From the NCBI RefSeq assembly GCF_006345805.1, contig NC_043021.1, positions 23,808,001 to 23,872,000 of the forward strand: a stretch of 64,000 nt of DNA, read 5' to 3'. Below, in pieces: positions 1 to 13,267 of the stretch. A model generated the notes under the pieces. It ran no database searches. It was not told where the DNA came from and saw nothing but the letters and a program-made list of their open reading frames with translations. Source of the stretch: Octopus sinensis. Its lineage: Eukaryota. The position numbers and the translations under genes were made by a program. The first letter of the stretch is position 1. Each line of letters starts with the position of its first letter.

Positions 1-1298
1 CCGGTTTCTAACCAAGATCCGAGGCTCCTTCATTGGAATTTCAAGAACATCAACAGGGCGTTTTTGTATGTATGTATGTATGTATGTATGTATGTATGTG
101 TGTATGTATGTATGTATGCATGTATGTATTATGTATGTATATATGTATATGTGCAGATTCGTATGTTTTGTTTTATGCATGTATGCTCATTCGTATATTT
201 GAACGTCTAAATATGTTCATACATACTTAAACAGATTTTTACAGTTCCAGTGATGATTTCGATCTGTAGTCTTCGAATCAGTTCTCTCCTTTCAGAATTT
301 GAGAAGCCTAAATTTTCAAGTTTGTTATTTAAGCAGTATGTTACATATCCCCGTGTTCCAGTAATTACAGGTATAAACCTGAACGTGTAATCTCGAAATG
401 TATGTATGCATGTAGGTAAGTACGTATTTTTATATATATGTATGTATGTTTGTTTATATGTATGTATGTCCTTTTTGCCTTCGTATTCTTCCTATAAGGA
501 AGACCGTAATTTGGATACAGACAACAATAAATGTTATATGTTGAAATGTCTTATAATTGTACTGTTCCGCAAACAGATTGCATTGGTGAAGTAGGTGTTA
601 GCTGGTCACTTTCTTCACCTGAAAAGCTTAGCTTTTCCTTTGGATCTCTTAAACATTTTCTAACATAGCTAAGACTATGGCTTAAACATTTTCTAACATA
701 GCTAAATTAGAAAATGTATATCCAAGTACTCCAAGAATTATTGGTGGAAATATGAATTCATAGTGAGTGAGACAGAAGTAGTTATCCATAAAGTGCTTTT
801 TCTTAATAATTTTGGCAGAGATATCCCCATCGCACGAATACCTGACCAATGTGAATATATACGACTTTTCTTTCTATCACAAGGTATTGTATCATGCCTG
901 TTACGTTTGCGATTGGCACAAATTTTGAATTACGACGTAACTTAATGACCATGAGCCAAAAAGAAGTTTTTTTTTCACGTCATTATTATCCTCAAGATTA
1001 CAGGGTGTTTTCGTTCCAGATTTTTGGTGAGGGTTCCTAGTTTTGCAATTTTGAGTTCACATGGGAGATCATCAAGAAGTAAAAAAAACTTCTTCAGGTG
1101 AATGTCATTCTGCTTACTTTTGAGCACTTGACTAATGCATTTATTTCTGTAATAGTTCTTTTATAGAAATTGTCTGCTGAGAAAATCTCGAACGCGACTG
1201 AAGATAGAAAACTCCGAATGACCCGTCCTTGTTTTTTCCTGTCCTTTTTTGTATCGTCTAACTGTCCGGATGTTTTGTTATGTTCTTGTTACATTTTT

Positions 1299-1445
1299 GC
1301 TTCATTTTCCGTCAATCAAATCCACTCACAAGTTTTTGGTCGGCCCGAGTCTATAGTAGAAGATACTTGCCCAAGGTGCCACGTAGTGGGACTGAACTCG
1401 GAACCATGTGGCTGGTAAGTAAGCTACTTACCACACAGCCATTCC
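1299..1445 (-). mobile_element. tRNA-derived SINE family 1, head fragment
   Basis: Reverse complement of the GGCTGTGTGGTAAG...GGTTCCG(A/G)GTTCAGTCCCAC head seen at 14057-14492 and 45378-45788; A/B-box-like motifs. Confidence 0.85.
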
Positions 1446-1448
1446 TAG

Positions 1449-1768
1449 GCGCAGGCGTGGCCGTGTGGCAAATATCTTGCTTTCCCACCACAAAGTTCTG
1501 GGTTCAGTCCCACAGCATCGCATCTTAGGCAAGTGTCTTCTGCTATAGCCTCGGGGCGATCAAAGCCTTGTGAGTGAATTTGGTGAATGGAAACTGGAAA
1601 AATCCCGTCGTATATATACTTATATGTATACATTTGTGTATGTGTGTGTGTGTGTCTGTGTTTGTCCCCACAACATCGCTTGACAACCGATGCTGGTGTG
1701 TTAATATCCCCGTAACTTAGCGGTGGGGCTCCAGGACGGCCGCAGTCAAATGACTGAAACAGGTGAAG

Positions 1769-1770
<2 letters not shown>
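1449..1770 (+). mobile_element. tRNA-derived SINE family 1, diverged copy, head-to-head with the previous copy
   Basis: GGCGTGGCCGTGTGG...GGTTCAGTCCCAC head, internal TA/TG microsatellite, tail GCAGTCAAATGACTGAAAC. Confidence 0.85.
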
Positions 1771-1816
<46 letters not shown>

Positions 1817-1833
1817 TATATATATATTTACAC

Positions 1834-1865
<32 letters not shown>

Positions 1866-1904
1866 ATATATTTGTATATATAAATATGTATATATATATA
1901 TATA

Positions 1905-3150
1905 GGAAAAAATATAGGTGGCTCGTACTCATCAGCCGAAAAAACATCAGAGATTCCCAAACATCAAAGGGGGTAATGTTACACTTATGAAACATCATGG
2001 AAAATTCTATAAAAATGAGAATTTAGATAATATATTGGTTTCTAAGAGTTCAATTAGTATTATACAGTCATATATCAGGTTATTAAAAAGTTTTTTCAAA
2101 ACATCCTAGTTTTCCAGAGAGTGAAGATACAAATGAGGGTGTGAGTTTAACTGTATTGAAGAAAGGTTGATTCCTGGAGATCCGATGAGAGGTCTTGAAC
2201 TTACAGAATATGTGCTTGTCCATATATAGTTCATAGTAAATTGTTAATCAAGCTATGTGAAGAGATTTTTTGGATACAATCGTGCGAAATTTCTGAGAAC
2301 TGCTGTATTATAATCCGAGTAAGAAGCAAAGCGACAGTCTTTTCGTGTAGAAGAACAGATTGTTATTGAAATTTACAAGAATCACAGAGCTAAGGCAGAA
2401 AGTTGAAATTTGACCAGTTACTGCTATTAATTGCTATATAAAGAGGGAACGGGGAGCTAAAAGGGAGGGTCACAAGTTGTTACTATAAGAAAACATCTTA
2501 GCTTATTTGGTGCAAAATTCGAACTGAGGTCATTTAATTTATTTCTTTATTTATTAATGTTACTATTAATAGATTGTCAGGTTACAATGAGAGGTCAGAA
2601 GAAAAGAAAAGAAAAAAAGAAAAAGGAGTTATTTTCTAATGAAACCATACAATTATATTATATTATAATATATTATATTATAATAGGTTTGGGATTAGCA
2701 GAATTAGTTATTAGTGTAAAAGAAACTAAGAAGTTTAACTAACTAATTTCCTATAAGTAGGTTAAAGTGAAATAGACTAAGAAATAGAGAGAAAAAATAG
2801 AGAGAAAAGATTTAAATTATCTACATAGTCTAATAGAATGAAGAATTAAATCAAATAACTTAAATCAATAAGTATCACCTAGTACAGTTAGAGAGAGAAT
2901 ATAATCATAGCTAATTAGATCGTAGCTGTCTAATTAAATATATAATATAATATAATATGTAGGAGTAAAGTTTAATTCAAAGTGATTTCATAGAAAGTGA
3001 TTTTAATATATACTGTTATCAATTAAAACATCATTTAAAATATTTAAGAGTCCTAGTTCGAGCGTGGATACAAGATTACCCAGTTCAATCCTGCTGTTCA
3101 ATAAAATTTCCTTATTTTTTCTATACATTAGTATTTCAAATGTTTCCATG
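1905..3150 (-). mobile_element. Penelope-like element 3' fragment (inverted copy of about 42640-43990)
   Basis: About 1.25 kb reverse-complement match to 42640-43900, including METFEILMYRKNKEILLNSRIELG; flanked by TA-rich microsatellite; hammerhead 3' half deleted. Confidence 0.85.
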
Positions 3151-4627
3151 TATATATATACATCCATACATAGAGAAAGAGAGAGAGAGAGAAATGTACG
3201 TATGTATTGTATTCCTATATGAAATGAATATGTGAGCACAAACACACATATACGTACGCATAATACACACGCTATCTTTAACAAGCTGGCAGAGTATAAT
3301 AAATTAGTTAAAGAATATAAATAAAACATAATGTCTTAAGAGAAAGAAAGAGAATTCGCTACTCCATTGTTTTGGTGTCAGAAGAACTCACTGCATCTTT
3401 CCATGTTTTTTTTTGTTTTCTTTCGTTAATTCCATTCATTTGTATTCAGCACGTAACAGTAACTCTAAAGCTCAGGCATTTAGATTTCTGATTACACAAT
3501 TTCAAACTTATGGGAATTGTATGAGGAAATCATTAATTTGATAATTTCATTTTCACGGAAATTTGGGGAAAATTTTAAGGATTTTAGAAACTAAAACCAT
3601 GATGCACTTATATGTACGAAAAATAATCTATTTATAAGAGATACTTTCTAATATAGGCACAAAGCCTGACATTGGGGGAGGGGGATAGACGATTACATCG
3701 ATCTCAACACCCGACTGGTACTCTTTTCACCTGCCACGAAATAATGAAAGGCAAAGTCGACCTCAGTGGAATCTGCACCCGGATGTAGCAGCGGACGATG
3801 TGCCGCAAAACGTGCCGCCCTGTATGTTTGGTATGACACTTTGGTACACCTAGCATCTCCTTTCACTTTCTAATTCAATCACTGTACAATTTTGTTGATT
3901 ACTGCCCATCGCTTTAATTTTTTTGCGAACTTATTTTTTTCTATTTGTTATTGCTCTCAACTTTCTTAACAACACATACCCACGTCCTCCTCTTCTCCAC
4001 CTTGTTTGTGTACGGTGAATTTCAACTGGAGGACAAAGAAATGTGTTAGAATGGAGATTACTCTTTCCTCGGATTCTTCTGTTTTACAATTTGGTGTGGA
4101 TTCTCGTATCTATCGCTGCTGCTTTCGAATAAATATAAACGTATACAATATAATGCATTGAAACTGGAGAAAATGTATGAGGTGGAATTGAAGGCAGTAA
4201 TGCGAAAAGTCGTTTGAGACAGGTTAATCTAATCGTCAAGCTTGATGTTTCACAAAGATTTCGTGCAGAAGAATAACTCTTACATTCCTAAATGCATACA
4301 TACACACATATGTACATGATGATTGCACTGTCGTTCTGGGTCAGCACGGTCCTGGGAGTAATGGTAATTTAGTGGTGATTCTGCGCTCACCACAATTCCC
4401 AAATTTCCGAACAAGAGCCTCACCTGTCATACCCAGGACTTACGTACATACATACATACATACATACATACGCCCTTTGACTGTACAACTTTTCCATGTG
4501 AACCAAGAGTAGCTGGACTAACCTTTTTAAACAGAAACTTGGAGGGGAAGCAATCATTATGTTAATAGAAAGTTATACATGGAATAGCAGCGTCTTCTGG
4601 ACCTGTGAGAGATAAATCACGTTTCCC

Positions 4628-4976
4628 AAAGAAGGCTACGTTTTTGCTATAACCAAAGAAGGCTACGTTTTTGCTATAATCAAAGAAGGTTACGTTTTTG
4701 CTATAATCAAAGAAGGCTACGTTTTTGCTATAATCAAAGAAGGTTACGTTTTTGCTATAATCAAAGAAGGCTACGTTTTGCTATAATCAAAGAAGGCTAC
4801 GTTTTTGCTATAATCAAAGAAGGCTACGTTTTTGCTATAATCAAAGAAGGTTACGTTTTTGCTATAATCAAAGAAGGCTACGTTTTTGCTATAATCAAAG
4901 AAGGCTACGTTTTTGCTATAATCAAAGAAGGCTACGTTTTTGCTATAATCAAAGAAGGCTACGTTTTTTCATAACC
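4628..4976 (+). repeat. 27 bp minisatellite, 13 copies (AAAGAAGGYTACGTTTTTGCTATAAYC)
   Basis: Units start at 4628, 4655, 4682, 4709, 4736, 4763, 4789 and so on to 4951; no spacers. Confidence 0.95.
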
Positions 4977-5479
4977 AGCTGATCTACCAAGCGGGGCCTC
5001 ATATCATTGAGGGGGGCCGGTGCGCATTGATGCCGTCGAGAGGTAGGCCCCGAAACGGCGCGCATTCTCTACTGATGACCCCATGCACTTGCTAGCTTCC
5101 GATATACGGAGCTTTTAACTGGTAGCACTTGCATGTGCAAGTTGTTTGCAAGACATCAGCAAGAGAGTTAGGCTGCTTGTCGGTTTTGGTATACCAGTGT
5201 TGAAGATATTATCCCCGTCACAACGCACACAACCAGAACCAGAACTAGAATCATCGTTCGTTAAAAATATATTGGAACATTCCAATAAAAACAACAAGTT
5301 GGTATAAACGCAATCGTCCTGATATTATTATATGGCACACGGAGCTAAAGGTATGCCGCTGTTGTAGAGACTTGCTGCTCGGTGACATGCAAGAATACTA
5401 TTAAAAATTTAGGAAAACTAATTAGAAAGTTACAGCTCTTATAATCAGAATATAAATTGACCTCTGTCCCAATTATCAT

Positions 5480-5890
5480 GAATGCATGCATGCATGCATG
5501 CATACATACATACATACATACATACATACATACATGAATGCATACATACATGCATACATACATACATACATACATGAATGCATACATACATACTTACATA
5601 CATACATAAATACATACATACATACATGAATGCATACATACATACATACATACATACATACATGCATAGATACATACATAAATACATACATAAATACATA
5701 CATACATAAATAAAATACATACATACATAAATACATACATAAATACATACATACATACATGCATATATACATAAATACATACATACATACATACATGCAT
5801 GCATACATACATACATGCATACATACATGCATACATGCATACATACATACATACATACATACATACATACATAAATACATACATACATAC
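5480..5890 (+). repeat. (CATA)n microsatellite with variants
   Basis: Direct inspection; source of several spurious MYVC/HTYI ORFs. Confidence 0.95.
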
Positions 5891-6654
5891 ATTGGGGAGG
5901 AGTGTCGCATGGTTCACATGGAAAAGTTGTACAGTCAAAGGGCGTATGTATGTATGTATGCATGTATGTATGTATGTATGTATGTACGTAAGTCCTGGGT
6001 ATGACAGGTGAGGCTCTTGTTCGGAAATTTGGGAATTGTGGTGAGCGCAGAATCACCACTAAATTACCATTACTCCCAGGACCGTGCTGACCCAGAACGA
6101 CAGTGCAATCATCATGTACATTGGTGTGGATTCTCGTATCTATCGCTGCTGCTTTCGAATAAATATAAACATACACACAGACATACATACATACATATAC
6201 ACTTACATAGTAGTGGCACTCTAAAAAATTTTTTAACATATCCAGGATTCTCTATCGGAGATTGTTTAAAATGAACCCATACACACTTTTAGTTGTGACT
6301 ATTCACACAGACACATATATAAAAAGCAATGATGCACGCATACACATACGTACACACGTACACAACCACAAACATCTAATCCCAAAAGGCACAGGTTGAT
6401 ACAGAACATAATTGCAGGTGCATACACCTACACACATACACACGCGCGCAGACGTTACGCGCACGCACATACATACACACGTCTTTATGTATTTGTTTTG
6501 CTAAACTCATGATGTGAAATCGTATGTTGAAACAGATATTGTTAAATATGGGATTGTTATAGGTTCCCACTTAAACACACGCACTGTAAGGTTGGTCTTT
6601 GCTTCAGGTTCAATATTATCATTTTTGTTTCTTTGTCAAGCTCTTTCGTTACAG

Positions 6655-6929
6655 ATCTCCTGAGACTGCTTCAACGTATATACACAAATACCTCAACCCA
6701 AAAAGGATTAAAAATGAAGAAGGCGGGCAATAATGGTTGCCTGCCGAAGGACCCTAAGGCTTCGGGAGGCGAAGCAGAGAGTCCGGACAAAGCGGAAGAG
6801 CTCCACTCTCCCGAAATGAGAAAGAAAAAAAAGAAAGAAGAACGGGTCATCGCAGGGTGGAAATGGTGTGCCGTTTGCATGTCCCGAAGTTGTGCCACCC
6901 ACGGTGGAAGAAACGACCCCCACCCTTAA
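6655..6929 (+). other. Unassigned exon-like ORF in a GC-richer island
   Basis: Acceptor-like CTCTTTCGTTACAG at 6641-6654; open frame ending WKWCAVCMSRSCATHGGRNDPHP; no recognised family. Confidence 0.25.
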
Positions 6930-7381
6930 AGACGTTGAATTAATTATCTTTTTCTGCAAGGGCGGGGAGGTGGAAAAATAGTAGAAGAACATAAAGAGAC
7001 AGTAGGTATGCCCTTCACACGGGATCCCGAATGGCCTCCGCAGATAGCTGTGGAGGTCATAAGGTTTCCCTTATGGGAAAGGCTTAAAGGATTTGGGGAG
7101 GAGTGTCGCATATGGTCGCATTGTCCAGCCCGCAAAGCTACACAATCTTTGTACTGTCTATATGACAACTTTTATGAAATAAAGTAGCTTGATTACGAAG
7201 CACATGGTTCAGGGTTCAGTCGCACTGCGTGGCACATTACGCAGGTGTCTTCTACTATAGCCTCGGGCCGACCAAAGCCTTGTGAGTGGATTGGGTAGAT
7301 GGAAACTGAAAGAAGCCCGTCATATATATGTATGTATATATATATATATGCATATATATATATATATATATACATATATAT

Positions 7382-7424
<43 letters not shown>

Positions 7425-7496
7425 ATTATATATATATATATATATATATACATATATATAAAAAAGTTGAGTTGTGGGGTATCGCACGAGTGGGAT

Positions 7497-8254
7497 TTAT
7501 AAGAAAAAAGGTTTGAAAATGCAATTTAACGATGTTTATTTACTTAACCGGTTTCACTCTTTGGTAAAAGATTGTCAAAAGTTACATTTAAGGAAACATT
7601 GAATAATATGGGTTCAAAAAAAGTTTTTTACATAATTGTCACATTGAGTATTATGCATTCAAAAAGGTTTTTACATAATTGTCACATTGAGTATTATGCA
7701 TTCAAAAAGGTTTTTACATAATTGTCACATTGAGTATTATGCATTCAAAAAGGTTTTTACATAATTGTCACATTGGATATTATGAATTCAAAAATGTTTT
7801 TTTATACATAATTGTCACATTACATGTATAGATATAGTGTTTGGTAACAGAGAAGTTCAATAGTGTGATGAGAATGTTTGGGAAATTTGGCAGAAAAGGA
7901 TAAAAAACAAATATATTATTGGGAATTGGTTGCGTTAATTATTGGTTGTCGCAAATTGTCACATTACATGTATATATATACAATCTTCGGTATATATATA
8001 CAGCCTTTTGACAGCAAAAATTAGAATGGCTTTTTTATACATCTCAGAATATTTTAAGTACAAGGCGAGAATATGTTTTTTTACTGACCTGTTGGATTAG
8101 CAGAAAGGCTGAACTGAGAGAACAGAGGAAGTAGCCAATGTGGTGTATACTTCCCCTTTATGCATGAATGATTTTGGGGTTATCAGGAGGTTAGTATGCG
8201 GGTGTGAATAGATGTGTTCGTGCCCGCTGGTCAGATAGCGTCTGTTTGTCACAC

Positions 8255-8286
<32 letters not shown>

Positions 8287-9428
8287 TCAACAACACACAC
8301 ACACACACACACATAGTAAACAAACACACACCAACACACAAACAACAACACACACACAACAGAGAACACACACACCCACACACAACGCACCCACATATAT
8401 CACTATACACACAGCACACAAATATATGTATCTATATATAACATACACAGATATATAACACACATACTGTATGTGTGTTATATATCTGTGTATGTTATAT
8501 ATAGATACATATTATATTTGTGTGCTGTGTGTATATGTGATATATGTGGGTGCGTTGTGTGTGGGTGTGTGTGTTCTGTGGTGTGTGTGTGTTGTTTGTA
8601 TGTGGTGTGTGTTTGTTTACTATGTGTGTGTGTGGTGTGTGGTGTTGTTGATTGTGTGTGTGTGTGTGTGTATATATGTGTGTGACAAACAGACGCTATC
8701 TGACCAGCGGGCACGAACACATCTATTCACACCCGCATACTAACCTCCTGATAACCCCAAAATCATTCATGCATAAAGGGGAAGTATACACCACTTGGCT
8801 ACTTCCTCTGTTCTCTCAGTTCAGCCTTTCTGCTAATCCCAACAGGTCAGTAAAAACATATTCTCGCCTTGTACTTAAAATTCTGAGATGTATAAAAAAG
8901 CCATTCTAATTTTTGCTGTCAAAAGGCTGTATATATATACCGAAGATTGTATATATATACATGTAATGTGACAATTTGCGACAACCAATAATTAACGCAA
9001 CCAATTCCCAATAATATATTTGTTTTATCCTTTTCTGCCAAATTTTCCCAAACATTCTCATCACACTATTGAACTTCTCTGTTACCAAACACTATATCTA
9101 TACATGTAATGTGACAATTATGTATAAAAAAACATTTTTGAATTCATAATATCCAATGTGACAATTATGTAAAAACCTTTTTGAATGCATAATACTCAAT
9201 GTGACAATTATGTAAAAACCTTTTTGAATGCATAATACTCAATGTGACAATTATGTAAAAACCTTTTTGAATGCATAATACTCAATGTGACAATTATGTA
9301 AAAAACTTTTTTGACCCATATATTCAATGTTTTCCTTAAATGTAACTTTTGACAATCTTTTACCAAAGAGTGAAACCGGTAAGTAAATAAACATCGTTTA
9401 AATTGCATTTTCAAACCTTTTTTCTTAT
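7497..9428. repeat. Near-perfect palindrome of about 1.93 kb, centre T8468
   Basis: CACATAC-T-GTATGTG at the centre; arms are reverse complements along their length with small homopolymer and microsatellite indels. Confidence 0.95.
7626..7820 (+). repeat. 43 bp tandem repeat, 4-5 copies (mirrored at about 9110-9305)
   Basis: CATAATTGTCACATT at 7631, 7674, 7717, 7760 and 7807. Confidence 0.9.
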
Positions 9429-9442
9429 TACATATATATATA

Positions 9443-9539
<97 letters not shown>

Positions 9540-9814
9540 TATATATACATACACATATATAATATGTTGTGTGTGGTGGTGCGTGCGTATATGTTTGTGT
9601 GTCTGAGTTTGTCCCCACAACATCGCTTAACAATCGATGCTGGTGTGTTTACGTCCCCGTAACTTAGCGGCTTGCCAAAAGAGACCGATAGAATAAGTAC
9701 TAGGCTTACAAAGAATAAGTCCTGGGGTCGATTTGCTCGAATAAAATCGGTGCTCCAGCATGGCCACAGTCAAATGACTGAAACAAGTAAGAGTAAAAGA
9801 GTATTATTTAGATT

Positions 9815-9973
9815 ATTTACATTTGACGGATATTTGTCCTCATCTTGCTTGTTGTTAACACAATGCTTCGGCTGATATACCCTCCAGCCTTCATCAGGTG
9901 TCTTTAGGAAATTTCAAACCTGGGTTCTCATTCTTAAGGTACTTTTCGATGTTGTTGATGCTGTTGTTGTTGT

Positions 9974-10020
<47 letters not shown>

Positions 10021-10084
10021 ACCCCAAGATTCCGAGTTCGATTCCAGGCAGTGACCTGAATAATAATAATGATAATAATAATGC

Positions 10085-10139
<55 letters not shown>

Positions 10140-10443
10140 TATAATAAAGACCTGGAAATAGAGGTAGCCAGAATGTGGAATCTAAAAACAAAAACAATTC
10201 CTATCATAGTAGGTGCATTAGGCATGATAAAAAAATATTCAGACAAATACATAACAAAAACACCAGGACTTACAAACACATATAACATACAGAAAATTGC
10301 ACTACTAGGCACTGCACACATCCTACGCAGAACACTTTCCATACGATAACCATCAGAGCATCACGACAAATCACAGCACATACCCAAGGCACACAGAGCT
10401 GCGCTCGGTAGTGAAGTGAAAGCGCGCTACAAAAATAAAACTA

Positions 10444-10513
<70 letters not shown>

Positions 10514-10675
10514 GTAATAATAATAATAATAATAACAACAACAACAACAACATCATCGAAAAATACCTTAAGAATGAGAGCCCAGGTTCGAAATTTCCCC
10601 CAAGATGCCTGATGAAGGCTAGACAAGAAATAAGATGAGGACAAATATCCGTCAAATGTAAATAATGAGTATAAT
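9815..10675. mobile_element. Inverted pair of hammerhead-bearing repeat ends (about 9815-9970 and 10535-10675)
   Basis: Arms are reverse complements. The left arm carries a decayed minus-strand hammerhead (CTGATGA 9897-9891, stem GGCTG/CAGCC, GAAAC mutated to GAAGC). The right arm keeps CCTGATGAAGGCT, then is deleted. Confidence 0.7.
10146..10446 (+). mobile_element. 5'-truncated Dong/R4-clade copy in (TAA)n
   Basis: Matches 38125-38404 (KDLEIEVARMWNLKTKTIPIIVGALG...LRRTLSIR plus 3' UTR); (TAA)n on both sides. Confidence 0.9.
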
Positions 10676-10870
10676 CGTGGATGTAAAAGAAATGTGTTAC
10701 CTATAGATGGAACGTCTGTTTTGCATAGTTCCATTGTTAAATAACAACACAGACAATATAATCACGACGGCAATTTGCGAGAAATAGTAATCAAATTTTA
10801 TTTGTAGCAAAGACGGAAAACATCATTCTTTGGGCATATAAATAGTTTTGAATTGCATGGAAACATTGAC

Positions 10871-10946
<76 letters not shown>

Positions 10947-11089
10947 CATACATATACATATGTGTGTGTGTGTGTGTGTGTGTGTTACATGAGTCAAATT
11001 TACTACAATAAAGAAAAAACTCAACCTAATTATTGTAAAGAAATATATGCAATGACCATTATTCATACCTTGTCTTATAATTATATATC

Positions 11090-11159
<70 letters not shown>

Positions 11160-11251
11160 CGTACACACACAGTGTATGTGTGTCTGTGTATCTGGGTGGG
11201 TGTGTATATGATGAAAAGCACTAGTGAAACAGAAGCTACATGGTATATTAC

Positions 11252-11302
<51 letters not shown>

Positions 11303-11337
11303 CATCATCATCATCATCATTATTATTATTATTATTA

Positions 11338-11375
<38 letters not shown>

Positions 11376-11440
11376 GTTTGTGTTGTTGTTGTTGTTGTTG
11401 TTGTTTGTTGTTGTTGTTGCTGTTGGTGCCCCCACACGGA

Positions 11441-11498
11441 TCAAAATCTAAAAACCAATACAAACAATTTTAAGCAATCTTTGAGCAAAAAGTTATCC
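11441..11498 (-). CDS. STC: Probable last coding exon of the stanniocalcin-like gene: (Q)DNFLLKDCLKLFVLVFRF*
   Basis: Acceptor TCTACGTTTCAG; the phase-2 frame needed by the previous exon is the longest open one; supplies the tenth Cys nine residues after YY, as in STC1 YYNRLVRSLLEC. Confidence 0.5.
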
Positions 11499-11774
11499 CT
11501 GAAACGTAGATAACGTATTGAATACATTCTGTTTAATTCGTCAATTATTGTCCAGTTTTGGCGTTGATCCATGCTGTCAACTTAGGCGCGTTTTCCGAAG
11601 TGCATTTTGAAGACATCATACCAAGATTTTTCCATAACCTGCAACGCAAAGGAATAAAGGAATATTAGTGTCTTTCTGTACCACACAGAAGCGAATTAAA
11701 ACATTTTCTGTTGTTCCTGTTTAGTCCCCAATTCAGTACAAACACTAACAGAAGTGAACTATAATCGGGGACAT

Positions 11775-12008
11775 TTCAGCGGTGAGCTGGCAGAAACGTT
11801 AGCACGCCCGGCGAAATGCTTAGCGGTATTTCATCTGCGTTACGTTGTGAGTTCAAATTCCGCCGAGGTCGACTTTGCCTTTCATCCTTTCGGGGTCGAT
11901 AAATTAAGTACCAGTTACGCACTGGGGTCGATGTAATCGACTTAATACCTATGTCTGTCCTTGTTTGTCCGCTCTGTGTTTAGCCCCTTGTGCGTAATAA
12001 AGAAATAG
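11775..12008 (+). mobile_element. tRNA-derived SINE family 2
   Basis: GGTGAGCTGGCAGAAACGTTAG...GAGTTCAAATTCC; near-identical copies at 44226-44460 (+) and 40421-40597 (-); fragments near 3665-3800 and 24560-24650. Confidence 0.85.
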
Positions 12009-12522
12009 GCGACATTTCAAATATGGCTGCCATGTCCAATTCTCAGCAATAAGGAATCTCCAGGCTACGTTATTGTGTGTAGTTTATTTTTATGACTTGT
12101 TTGAACGTTATTAGGAACTTTTGGGTATGAGCTTTTTCGTGTGTGTACAATTCTTTAAATGTTGTAGCTATGGCACAATAAAAGTAAGCATATATATACA
12201 TATGTGTGTCTGTCTACACATAGACGTATAGATGCCATTATATTCTTTATTATTTTTGTTCCTTCTTTTGCTTTAGAATAGTATACACACCTTATCTATA
12301 TTTCCTCCTTCCCCACCCCACGATAAAATTGTGCCTTAATGTTGTATGTATTGATATATTTTATAGACATGCATTAGTATTTCTTGTCGTGTGAAAAGTG
12401 TTATATGTAAATATTTGTAACCATTTATCAAATGTAGCGTTTGATGGTGTATGTATGTATGCATGTATGTACGCATGCATTCATGTATATATGTATATGT
12501 GGATACATGAACTTATGTAATA

Positions 12523-12561
<39 letters not shown>

Positions 12562-12583
12562 TTATGTAATATATATATATATA

Positions 12584-13267
12584 CGCGAGGGGAAATCAAA
12601 AGTTATCTGCACTTTCGTCATAACATATCTTTATTATTGTCACTTCTGCATATGCGTACTTATAGTAGAAACTATTGTGGTCACGTGATCAGAGTTTGAG
12701 CTCGATCACGCCATTTTTCTTTCTCGCTTTACAGTGTAAGCATGGCACCAAAAAAGATAAAAGAGCAGTGATCCGATTTCGCTGGAAAAGACGTATACGA
12801 TAAACAGTGCAAGATAGAATGCTTTGCTGGGCAACAAACCGAAGCCAGCAATTCGCACCAAAGGCCGATGCCTATTGTCGAAGAAAATTTTGTTGCATAA
12901 CAATGCACGCTGGGACACGACGGCCCAAACCGTTGAAAACATTAACCAATTGGGTTGCGAGTCGCTGGAATACTTGCCCACAACCCAGATTTCGCCCCTT
13001 CCAACTAACCTATACTTGGACCGCGCAAAGATGATTTACGAGGTCGATTTCCTATGGATGAAGATGTGAAGGAAGCGGTGCATAAATGGTTCCACAACCA
13101 ACCGAAAATTTTCTTCTTAGAGGGAATACAGAAGTTTGAGGACCGCTGGACGCAGTGCATCGAAAAGGAAAGAGACTATATAGAAAAATGACGTACTTCT
13201 TTATCCACTGCTTTTGGGTAAACACATTGAAAAAGCAAGTGTGCGTATAATTTTTGATTTTCCTTCG
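12584..13267 (+). mobile_element. Internally deleted mariner relic
   Basis: Inverted ends CGCGAGGGGAAATCAAAAGTT / AATTTTTGATTTTCCTTCG flanked by TA; frameshifted transposase C-terminus ILLHNNAR...DEDVKEAVHKWFHNQPKIFFLEGIQKFEDRWTQCIEKERDYIEK. Confidence 0.85.

Larger units (their letters stand above)
4310..6121. mobile_element. Unclassified 1.8 kb element with about 200 bp inverted repeats (4310-4505 and 5910-6121)
   Basis: Arms are reverse complements, identical except for an internal (TACA)n length difference; no target-site duplication seen. Confidence 0.7.
7185..9812 (+). mobile_element. SINE family 1 split by an insertion in its internal (TA)n (head about 7185-7322, tail about 9590-9812)
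   Basis: Head and tail halves are colinear with intact copies and are separated by the 7497-9428 palindrome. Confidence 0.8.

Noticed and set aside
550-1250. Possible decayed Penelope coding sequence on the minus strand
   Set aside because: Only faint motif resemblance; not supportable by eye
4628-4976. CRISPR-like look of the 27 bp repeat (also the 43 bp repeat at 7626)
   Set aside because: Units are contiguous with no unique spacers, no cas genes are present and the context is eukaryotic
5040-5085. GAAAC and CTGATGA close together
   Set aside because: Order and flanks cannot form stems I and II in any hammerhead topology
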